Below are positions 56,974 to 64,000 of a stretch of 64,000 bases of DNA, piece by piece. The DNA lies in assembly GCA_012520515.1 (NCBI GenBank), contig JAAYOD010000045.1:4352-68351 (forward strand). Direction: 5' to 3'. Below the pieces are notes generated by a model, which was not told where the DNA came from, did no database searches, and saw only the letters and a list, made by a program, of their open reading frames with translations. Numbering within the stretch: position 1 is the first letter of the stretch; each line of letters begins with the position of its first letter. The DNA comes from Clostridiales bacterium (GTDB lineage Bacteria; Bacillota; Clostridia; Christensenellales; DTU072). Made by a program: the position numbers and the translations under genes.

Positions 56974-58112
56974 TATAAGTTCCGCAAATTTTTATTAAAT
57001 CTTTCTATTTTTTCATATTTAAGTTTGTCTGCCTTTTTTGCAAACTCCTTAAACTCTGACCTTTCTCTTATACCGCTTAGCTTGGGCACTTCCACAATTA
57101 TTTTTACAAACAAATCGCCATAGGTGTCTTTGCGCAAGCTCTTAGCTCCCTTGCCCTTTACTCTTATTACCGTACCGCTTTGAGTGCCTTCGGGAATTTC
57201 CACAGTAACAGGTTTGTCCAGTGTAGGAATATCAATTTTTGCGCCCAATGTAGCTTGGAAAATAGTAATTGGCAATTCAAAGCTTAAGTTAGTTCCTTCC
57301 CTTACAAACAAGGGGTGCGGACTTACTCTAAATACCAAAATTAGATTGCCCCTTTCGCCTTGCGGACTGGGAGCGGCTGAGCCTTCTCCGCGCATTGTGA
57401 GCATTTGTCCATTGTCTACGCCTGCCGGTATATTTACCTTTATGACGCGTTTTTTTCTAACAAGGCCTGCGCCTTTGCAGTCGAAACACTTGTCTAAAAT
57501 TACTTTTCCTTTTCCGTTACATTCGTCACACACTCTTTCTGTTTGCATCATGCCAAAAGGTGTGCGTTGACTGTATACTACTCTGCCGCGGCCGCTGCAC
57601 TTTGGACAAGTCTTTATACTGCTTGAATCTTTTGCGCCTGTGCCATTGCAGGTGGGGCATTTTTCTATCCTAGTAAATGTTACTTCCTTGTCTTTCACGC
57701 CAAAACAAGCTTCCTTAAAGGTAAGATTTAGAGTAACTTCTATGTCATCTCCATTTCTTGCTCTGGTTGTTCTTCTGCTTCCGCCAGTAAAAGAGCTAAA
57801 TATGTCACTAAATATATCGCCAAAGCCACCGCCGCCAAAACCTGAAAAATCAAATCCGCCAGCGCCGCTCATTGGTCCGTCTTCACTGCCAAATTGGTCG
57901 TAGGCAGCTTTTTTTTGCGGGTCGCTAAGTACTTCGTATGCGTGCTTTATCTCCTTAAACTTCTCTTCAGCTTCCTTTTTTTTGCTCTCTTCAGCAGTGG
58001 CGTATAAGTCAGGGTGATATTTTTTTGCCAAACGGCGATATGCGGACTTTATAGTGTCCGCATCCGCTTGTTTGTCTACTTCTAGTATAGAATAATAGTC
58101 TTTCTTTGCCAT
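56973..58112 (-). CDS. dnaJ: Molecular chaperone DnaJ
   Basis: 379 aa. J domain (YHPD), G/F region, four CxxCxGxG zinc motifs. Confidence 0.95.
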   Translation of the reverse strand: MAKKDYYSILEVDKQADADTIKSAYRRLAKKYHPDLYATAEESKKKEAEEKFKEIKHAYEVLSDPQKKAAYDQFGSEDGPMSGAGGFDFSGFGGGGFGDIFSDIFSSFTGGSRRTTRARNGDDIEVTLNLTFKEACFGVKDKEVTFTRIEKCPTCNGTGAKDSSSIKTCPKCSGRGRVVYSQRTPFGMMQTERVCDECNGKGKVILDKCFDCKGAGLVRKKRVIKVNIPAGVDNGQMLTMRGEGSAAPSPQGERGNLILVFRVSPHPLFVREGTNLSFELPITIFQATLGAKIDIPTLDKPVTVEIPEGTQSGTVIRVKGKGAKSLRKDTYGDLFVKIIVEVPKLSGIRERSEFKEFAKKADKLKYEKIERFNKNLRNL

Positions 58113-58115
58113 AGA

Positions 58116-59933
58116 TTATTCGATGTCATCGGGGTCTACATTGATAGTGCTATCAGTATCCGTTGCTCCCGCTGTTTCTCCTTGAGCATTTTGTTGCTGT
58201 GCTTGATAAAGCTTTGTAAATATAGGATTAGTTTCTTTACCAAGCTCTTCGGTAATCTCTTTAATCTCTTCTACTGTGGTTGCTTTTTCTAGCTTTTCTT
58301 TAGCTGTCTTGCTAGCATCGGCTAGGATAGCTTTGTCTTCGTCGCTAAGCTTATCGCCTTGTTCTTGCAAGGATTTGTCCACAGCAAGTATAAGTTGTTC
58401 TGCATTGTTGCGCATATCCACCATTTCTTTACGCTTTTTATCTTCTTCAGCATACTTTTCAGCTTCTTTTACTGCAGCTTCTATGTCTTCTTCGCTTAAG
58501 TTGCTAGATGCTGTAATGGTGATATTATTGGTCTTACCAGTGCCTTTATCTACGGCAGTTACGCTTACAATACCATTTGCATCAATGTCAAAGGTAACTT
58601 CAATTTGTGGCACGCCGCGCATCGCTGGCGGGATACCCGTAAGTTCAAAGCGTCCTATTGTTTTGTTGTCTGCTGCCATGCTTCTTTCGCCTTGAAGAAC
58701 ATGGATATCAACGCTAGTTTGATTATCGCTAGCTGTGCTAAATATTTGTGATTTCTTGGTAGGAATGGTAGTATTGCGCTCTATAAGCTTAGTAAATACT
58801 CCGCCCATAGTTTCTATACCTAGTGAAAGCGGTGTAACATCTAGTAATAATACATCTTTTACATCGCCTGCCAATACGCCTGCTTGAATAGCTGCGCCAA
58901 GCGCAACACATTCGTCGGGGTTAATGCCCTTGTATGGCTCTTTTCCTATTATCTTCTTAACAGCGTCATAAACTGCGGGTATTCTTGTAGAACCGCCCAC
59001 CAAAACTACTTTATCTATTTGATTTACGCTAAGTCCTGCGTCTTTAATAGCTTTTAGGGTGGGGTCTATTGTTCTCTTAACAAGATGCTCTGTCATATCG
59101 TTAAACTTAGCCCTTGAAAGCGTCATATCGATATGCAAAGGTCCATTTTCACCAACTGTAATGAATGGTAGATTAATGCTTGCTGTCTGCAATCCTGATA
59201 GGTCAATTTTTGCTTTTTCAGCAGCTTCTTTTACCCTTTGCATTGCCATTTTGTCTTTGCTTAGGTCAATGCCATCATTGTTTTTGAATTCGGCAACAAT
59301 CCAATTCATAATTTCTTGGTCAAAGTCATCTCCGCCAAGCTTGGTATCGCCGCTGGTTGCCAAAACTTCAAATACTCCTTCGCCAAGCTCTAATATAGAC
59401 ACATCAAATGTTCCGCCGCCAAGGTCATAGATTAGTATCTTTTGGGCGGTGTTGTCCTTATCTAGACCATAGCTAAGCGCAGCTGCGGTTGGCTCATTTA
59501 TAATTCTTAATACATCTAGCCCTGCAATCTTGCCAGCGTCTTTTGTAGCTTGTCTTTGTGAGTCGCTAAAGTAAGCTGGCACTGTTATTACCGCTTGAGT
59601 AATCTTTTGGCCTAAATAGCTTTCTGCGTCAGCTTTTAGTTTTGTCAAAATCATTGCGCTAATCTCTTGCGGTGTATATGTCTTATCATCAATTTTTACT
59701 TTATAGCTAGAACCCATTTCTCTTTTAATAGAAGCAATGGTTTTATCAGGATTTACAACGGCTTGCCTTTTTGCAACTTGTCCTACAAGCCTTTGTCCGT
59801 CTTTGGTAAAACCTACTACTGAGGGTGTTGTTCTAGCACCTTCTGCGTTTGTTATAACTACTGCTTCACCGCCTTCCATAACGGCAACGCATGAATTTGT
59901 AGTTCCTAAATCAATACCTATAATTTTTGACAT
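58116..59933 (-). CDS. dnaK: Molecular chaperone DnaK (Hsp70)
   Basis: 605 aa. [28 protein letters not shown]. Confidence 0.97.
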   Translation of the reverse strand: MSKIIGIDLGTTNSCVAVMEGGEAVVITNAEGARTTPSVVGFTKDGQRLVGQVAKRQAVVNPDKTIASIKREMGSSYKVKIDDKTYTPQEISAMILTKLKADAESYLGQKITQAVITVPAYFSDSQRQATKDAGKIAGLDVLRIINEPTAAALSYGLDKDNTAQKILIYDLGGGTFDVSILELGEGVFEVLATSGDTKLGGDDFDQEIMNWIVAEFKNNDGIDLSKDKMAMQRVKEAAEKAKIDLSGLQTASINLPFITVGENGPLHIDMTLSRAKFNDMTEHLVKRTIDPTLKAIKDAGLSVNQIDKVVLVGGSTRIPAVYDAVKKIIGKEPYKGINPDECVALGAAIQAGVLAGDVKDVLLLDVTPLSLGIETMGGVFTKLIERNTTIPTKKSQIFSTASDNQTSVDIHVLQGERSMAADNKTIGRFELTGIPPAMRGVPQIEVTFDIDANGIVSVTAVDKGTGKTNNITITASSNLSEEDIEAAVKEAEKYAEEDKKRKEMVDMRNNAEQLILAVDKSLQEQGDKLSDEDKAILADASKTAKEKLEKATTVEEIKEITEELGKETNPIFTKLYQAQQQNAQGETAGATDTDSTINVDPDDIE

Positions 59934-59969
59934 TTTCTTTATGCCCTCCTTAAATTTTCAAAAATATAA

Positions 59970-60506
59970 TTATTGCGCTACTTTGACCATAGCAGGCCTT
60001 AGCACTTTATCTTTTCTTTTGTAGCCTTTCAAAAATACTTCCACTACCTTGTTGGAATTTTCCGCATCTTCTTCTTGAGCTACCGCATGATGAAGGTTGG
60101 GATTAAATTCTTGCCCTTTGGCTTCAATCTCTTCTACATCATATTTTTTTAGTATTTCCAGCATTTGCTTATATATTAGTTCTACACCATCTCTAGAACT
60201 CTTTTCGCAAATTGCGTCCAATCCCCTTTCAAAATTATCAATAACGGGTAAAAGCTCAATTAAAAAATCATTTATTCCGTCGTTTCTAGATATTCTAATA
60301 GCATCGTTTGTTCGTTTTCTATAATTGTCAAACTCAGCTTGAATTCGTTGAGCAAGATTTTTGAATTCTTCAGCCTTTTTATCAGCTTCTGCAACAAGGT
60401 CTATCTCATCATCACTTGGAATCTTTATCACTTCCTCTTCTATCATTTGTCCTTCTTTGGTTGGGTTTTCCTGTTTGTTCTGTGCTGTTGAGTCTTTCTT
60501 GACCAT
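59970..60506 (-). CDS. grpE: Nucleotide exchange factor GrpE
   Basis: 178 aa. ATG 60506 4 nt after GGAGGT. Coiled coil plus C-terminal beta domain (GYKRKDKVLRPAMVKV). Confidence 0.9.
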   Translation of the reverse strand: MVKKDSTAQNKQENPTKEGQMIEEEVIKIPSDDEIDLVAEADKKAEEFKNLAQRIQAEFDNYRKRTNDAIRISRNDGINDFLIELLPVIDNFERGLDAICEKSSRDGVELIYKQMLEILKKYDVEEIEAKGQEFNPNLHHAVAQEEDAENSNKVVEVFLKGYKRKDKVLRPAMVKVAQ

Positions 60507-61533
60507 GTTTACCTCCGTCTGTTATTTCATCTAAGGTCTTGCCGATGTAGCTAAGAACGCTCATCACTTTGGAATAATCCATACGCTCAGGTCCTATGAC
60601 ACCGGCATGCCCTATCTCTTTGCCTTTTAATTTATATTTTGCCGTTACAACGGCGCACTTTTCTATTCCACCCGATTCGTCCTTGCCTATTTTAACGCTA
60701 AACTCAATGTTGTTATCATTATTTATAATGTCGGCTATTCTTTCTTTAGAATCAATTGCTTCAAGGAAATCTTTGGTGGAATATATGTCTTGGTCTGGAT
60801 ATTCTAAAAATTTACCTTCTCCATCTAAATAAACATTGCTTTCGGCATTAGTTGCATATTTTTTTAATACCTTTATTATGTTCTCATAAAGCTCTTTATA
60901 TTTTTTAAATTGCGCTGAAATCAGCTTTTGGGCTTTTTCATCGCTGGTAATCTCTCCTACCATTTTTCCAGCAAAAATAGCGTTAAGGTGCATACTTGCT
61001 TCTGCAATATATTTTTCGTTCAACGCTTCAGTATAAGCAATTACTTTATCTCTAATTATTCCATTATCAGTAATAATGATAAGCAGAGCTGAAAATTCGT
61101 CCAAACCAACTAATTTAATTTCTCTAAGGCGCACAGTATCAATGTTTTTTAACACAATTACCGAAGTATAATTGGTAACATCAGTAATAACTTTTGCCGT
61201 TCTTTTAACAAGGTCTTGAACTTCGTCAAAACGCTCATTAAATGACTCTTCAATGATTTGAATTTCCTTAGGTGTAAGTGGATGGTCTACTAAAAACTTG
61301 TCTACATAAAGCCCATAGGCTTTTCTAGACGGCACTCTTCCAGCAGAAGTATGCGGTTGTATCAAATACCCCATTTCTTCTAGCGCTGACAGCTCATTTC
61401 GGATAGTTGCGCTGCTTATGTCTTTTAGGTGTTTTGCTTTAATTTCTCCAGAAGAAACAGGTGAGGCATTTTCAATGTACTCATCTACTACGGCTTTAAG
61501 TATTTTTTGTTTTCTTTCTGTCAAATCTTTCAT
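60412..61533 (-). CDS. hrcA: Heat-inducible transcription repressor HrcA (with unusual C-terminal tail overlapping grpE)
   Basis: 373 aa. N-terminal wHTH (LTERKQKILKAVVDEYI...VSSG). CIRCE operator upstream. The last about 31 codons overlap grpE out of frame. Confidence 0.9.
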   Translation of the reverse strand: MKDLTERKQKILKAVVDEYIENASPVSSGEIKAKHLKDISSATIRNELSALEEMGYLIQPHTSAGRVPSRKAYGLYVDKFLVDHPLTPKEIQIIEESFNERFDEVQDLVKRTAKVITDVTNYTSVIVLKNIDTVRLREIKLVGLDEFSALLIIITDNGIIRDKVIAYTEALNEKYIAEASMHLNAIFAGKMVGEITSDEKAQKLISAQFKKYKELYENIIKVLKKYATNAESNVYLDGEGKFLEYPDQDIYSTKDFLEAIDSKERIADIINNDNNIEFSVKIGKDESGGIEKCAVVTAKYKLKGKEIGHAGVIGPERMDYSKVMSVLSYIGKTLDEITDGGKHGQERLNSTEQTGKPNQRRTNDRRGSDKDSK

Positions 61534-61569
61534 ATCTATTATATATATAGCAGTTTTGATTAAAGAGTG

Positions 61570-61596
61570 TTAGCAGTCAAACCTTTAGAGTGCTAA
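61570..61596 (-). promoter_or_regulatory. CIRCE operator (HrcA binding site)
   Basis: Minus strand TTAGCACTC-taaaggttt-GACTGCTAA. One mismatch to the consensus TTAGCACTC-N9-GAGTGCTAA. Lies between promoter and hrcA ATG. Confidence 0.9.
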
Positions 61597-61600
61597 ATTT

Positions 61601-61628
61601 ATTATATCATTATTCTATTCAAAGTCAA
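61601..61628 (-). promoter_or_regulatory. Sigma-A-type promoter of the hrcA-grpE-dnaK-dnaJ operon
   Basis: Minus strand TTGACT (61628-23), 16-nt spacer, TATAAT (61606-01), immediately upstream of CIRCE. Confidence 0.6.
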
Positions 61629-61707
61629 GCGAAAATATACATTAAAAACAAAAAAAATAAAGACAAATTAATTAATTTTATCTTTACTATTTTTTATTAA
61701 AATTTAT

Positions 61708-62367
61708 TTATTTTTTATTTATTAAATAGTTTTTACTTGCCTGCTTTTCTGCCGCTTTTTTAGTTCTGCCAAAGCCTTGACTAACGGGCTTTCCTTGTAT
61801 TTTGAGTACAGCGTTAAAACCAAACTCAAGGCTTGTTGCTATAAATTCATATTCAACATTTTTCTTTGCCAATTTTTCTAATAGCTTAGATTTATAATCG
61901 ACGATATCAATATCTATAAGGGGGCTAAGCTTTTCTATGACAAATTTTCTTGCGCAAGTTATATCCATATTGCAATCTAATAGTATAGCTCCCGTTATTG
62001 CTTCAAAAAGGTCACATTTTACTGAGCTTGAATTGGTGATATTGTCATTTATATTGCCAGCGCCCACTAGCAAAAATTTATTTAGCTTTAAGTCTTCAAT
62101 AACTTTGGAAAGCGCGCTTTCTCCCACTATTCCTGCCCTTTTTTTTGTTAATTCACCTTCGTTCATATTGGGAAAATAATTATACAAGTACACGCTAATT
62201 ATAAATTCTAGCGCTGCATCGCCTAAAAACTCTAGCCTTTCATAGTCGTCAAAGTTTTTATGCTCATTAGAGTAAGAAGAATGAGTAAAAGCCCTTATTA
62301 AAAGGGATTTGTTTTTAAAAGTGTATCCAATTATCTTTTCGGCTTGGGGTATCCAGTTATTTTGCAA
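61708..62367 (-). CDS. rnc: Ribonuclease III
   Basis: 219 aa. TTG start overlapping the plsX end. Signature ERLEFLGDAALE. C-terminal dsRBD (GRTKKAAEKQASK). Confidence 0.9.
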   Translation of the reverse strand: MQNNWIPQAEKIIGYTFKNKSLLIRAFTHSSYSNEHKNFDDYERLEFLGDAALEFIISVYLYNYFPNMNEGELTKKRAGIVGESALSKVIEDLKLNKFLLVGAGNINDNITNSSSVKCDLFEAITGAILLDCNMDITCARKFVIEKLSPLIDIDIVDYKSKLLEKLAKKNVEYEFIATSLEFGFNAVLKIQGKPVSQGFGRTKKAAEKQASKNYLINKK

Positions 62368-63367
62368 CGGTAAATTCCTCTTTAAGCTTTTCTAGCACGC
62401 CGCTTGCAACCAAATCTCTTGCTTGCAGTATAGAATTACATATGGCTTTTGCTTTGGAACTGCCATGAGATTTTACAAGTACTTTCTCAAGACCTAGCAA
62501 AACAGCGCCGCCATTGTCATTATAGTCTAGTGTCTTTTTGATATCCTTTAAGACAGGTTTTAACAAAAGATATCCTAGTTTTGCGCGCAAGCTCCCCGAC
62601 ATAATACCCTTTTTTATCAAACTAAACATACTAAGAGCTGTGCCTTCGCACGCTTTTAGAGCAATGTTTCCGCTAAAACCATCGGCCACAACAACATCAT
62701 AGTCGCCAGAAAGAATTTCTCTAGCTTCCATGTTACCTATAAAATTAAGTTGACTTTCTTTAAGAAGGGGGAAAACTTCTTTGTTTAGTGTGTTGCCTTT
62801 GCTGTCTTCAGTGCCGTTGCTAAGAAGCGCTATTCTGGGATTGTCGATATTGTAAACTTTTTGCATATATACTGCTCCCATTTGTGCAAACTCAACTAGA
62901 TTACGCGCTTTAGGCTCTACATTTGCTCCGCAATCTATAAGCATTACATTGCCGCCAGTAAGTGTGGGTAAAATAGGACTTAGCGCAGGGCGTTGAATGC
63001 CGCGTATTCTTTTAAGCAACAGTACCCCGCCTGTAAGGACAGCGCCTGTGCTACCTGCCGAAACAAGCGCCATAGCGTCACTGTTTGTGTTAAGGTAATC
63101 AAATGCTTTTACTAGCGACGAATCTCTCTTTTGCCTTATAGCGTCTGTGGGACTATCGTCATTTGTAATGACTTGATTTGCGTCTACTATCTCAATTTCG
63201 TCGCCTGTATAGTTATACTCTTTTAGTATTTTTTCAATCTCTTGAGATTTACCTGTTAAAACAATGGTAAAATCTTTTATGTTATTTCTATTTAGCGCAG
63301 CTATTGCTCCTTCAATAATTGCTTTTGGCGCGTTATCGCCGCCGTAGGCATCAACTACTATTTTCAT
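62357..63367 (-). CDS. plsX: Phosphate acyltransferase PlsX
   Basis: 336 aa. MKIVVDAYGGDNAP N-terminus, ADGFSGNIALK motif. Confidence 0.95.
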   Translation of the reverse strand: MKIVVDAYGGDNAPKAIIEGAIAALNRNNIKDFTIVLTGKSQEIEKILKEYNYTGDEIEIVDANQVITNDDSPTDAIRQKRDSSLVKAFDYLNTNSDAMALVSAGSTGAVLTGGVLLLKRIRGIQRPALSPILPTLTGGNVMLIDCGANVEPKARNLVEFAQMGAVYMQKVYNIDNPRIALLSNGTEDSKGNTLNKEVFPLLKESQLNFIGNMEAREILSGDYDVVVADGFSGNIALKACEGTALSMFSLIKKGIMSGSLRAKLGYLLLKPVLKDIKKTLDYNDNGGAVLLGLEKVLVKSHGSSKAKAICNSILQARDLVASGVLEKLKEEFTVAK

Positions 63368-63393
63368 AAAAACTCCTGTTTTCTAATACAAGA

Positions 63394-63418
63394 AATAGAG
63401 GAAAATATTTCCTCTATT
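63394..63418 (-). terminator. Hairpin after rpmF (weak or partial terminator)
   Basis: Stem aatagagga/tcctctatt, loop 7 nt. The minus-strand trailing sequence UUUCUUGUAUU is only moderately U-rich. Confidence 0.4.
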
Positions 63419-63451
63419 TTGCGAATTTGTTGATATAAATTGTTTATTTTA

Positions 63452-63640
63452 TTAGTCCTTTTTTGCCTCTTTATGAACAACAGGCACACCGTTATAGTAA
63501 CCGCAGCTCTTGCACACTGCATGGCTTTTCATTAAATTATGGCATTGTGGACACTCAATCAAATTAATAGGTCTTATCTTCCAATTAGCAAACCTTTTAT
63601 TTCTTCTTTGCTTGGATACTTTACACTTTGGTACTGCCAT
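63452..63640 (-). CDS. rpmF: 50S ribosomal protein L32
   Basis: 62 aa. MAVPKCKVSKQRRNKR and zinc-ribbon CPQC...CKSCG. Confidence 0.95.
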   Translation of the reverse strand: MAVPKCKVSKQRRNKRFANWKIRPINLIECPQCHNLMKSHAVCKSCGYYNGVPVVHKEAKKD

Positions 63641-63683
63641 TTATTACCTCCACTTGAGTTATATATCTTAATTTGCTTTATAA

Positions 63684-63712
63684 ATTATATAGATTTTAAG
63701 CGGTATTGTCAA
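63684..63712 (-). promoter_or_regulatory. Consensus sigma-A promoter of rpmF
   Basis: Minus strand TTGACA (63712-07), 17-nt spacer, TATAAT (63689-84). Confidence 0.65.
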
Positions 63713-63731
63713 CTTATTTCCGCTACAATTA

Positions 63732-64000
63732 TTATTTTGCCGTAAGTCTTTTTGCATCTCTTGCTATTACCAATTCTTCATTGGTGGGTATCACAAGCAC
63801 CTTTACTTTTGATGTAGGTTTGTGTAACTCGCTATATTCTCCCCTTGGCGCTATCTCATTATACTCAAAGTCAAAGTCTATACCAAAGCATTCCATACCT
63901 TGCATAATTCTTTCCCTAGCATAATGTGCATTTTCCCCTATTCCGCCTGTAAAGACTATGCAGTCTAGTCCGCCCATAGCGGCAACATAGCTTCCGATAT
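63732..64000 (-). CDS. ackA: Acetate kinase, C-terminal fragment (gene continues past window end)
   Basis: Frame stays open to position 64000 (...IGSYVAAMGGLDCIVFTGGIGENA...VLVIPTNEELVIARDA). Classic acetate/propionate kinase C-terminus. Confidence 0.9.
   Translation of the reverse strand, partial: IGSYVAAMGGLDCIVFTGGIGENAHYARERIMQGMECFGIDFDFEYNEIAPRGEYSELHKPTSKVKVLVIPTNEELVIARDAKRLTAK

Overview
This 64-kb window comes from a low-GC, endospore-forming Firmicute and looks Clostridia-like. The basis for that is a spoIIAA-spoIIAB fragment, RuvC rather than RecU, and a CIRCE-hrcA-grpE-dnaK-dnaJ operon. I support about 60 protein genes, 7 tRNAs, one TPP riboswitch, one CIRCE operator, and several sigma-A-type promoters and intrinsic terminators read by eye. 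About 90% of genes are on the minus strand. I saw no rRNA, CRISPR array, transposase, integrase or prophage signature.

Most of the window is conserved housekeeping synteny:
- relA-recJ
- secDF-yajC-tgt-queA-ruvBAC
- clpC-hpf-pgi
- polA-coaE-dinB
- dnaG-rpoD-trmK-nif3
- hrcA-grpE-dnaK-dnaJ-prmA-rsmE-mtaB
- rnc-plsX-rpmF-ackA

Three less ordinary islands stand out:
1. 16.0-21.8 kb. An NMT1-type ABC importer is led by a TM1266-like ACT protein behind a terminator/antiterminator leader. Next to it sits an orphan MalK-like ABC ATPase with every catalytic motif degenerate. A TPP-riboswitch-controlled ThiT fusion plus thiamine pyrophosphokinase follows.
2. 28.2-34.1 kb. This is the best candidate for an undescribed system. 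It is a self-contained five-gene operon encoding a GSAM-like class-III aminotransferase and a split transketolase, bracketed by two paralogous SCP2-like proteins. A D-2-hydroxyacid dehydrogenase follows it.
3. 38.5-46.9 kb. A translationally coupled string runs lacZ-patatin-EIIC-like-polA-coaE-dinB.

All family assignments are from motif-level reading of the translations. No database search was run.
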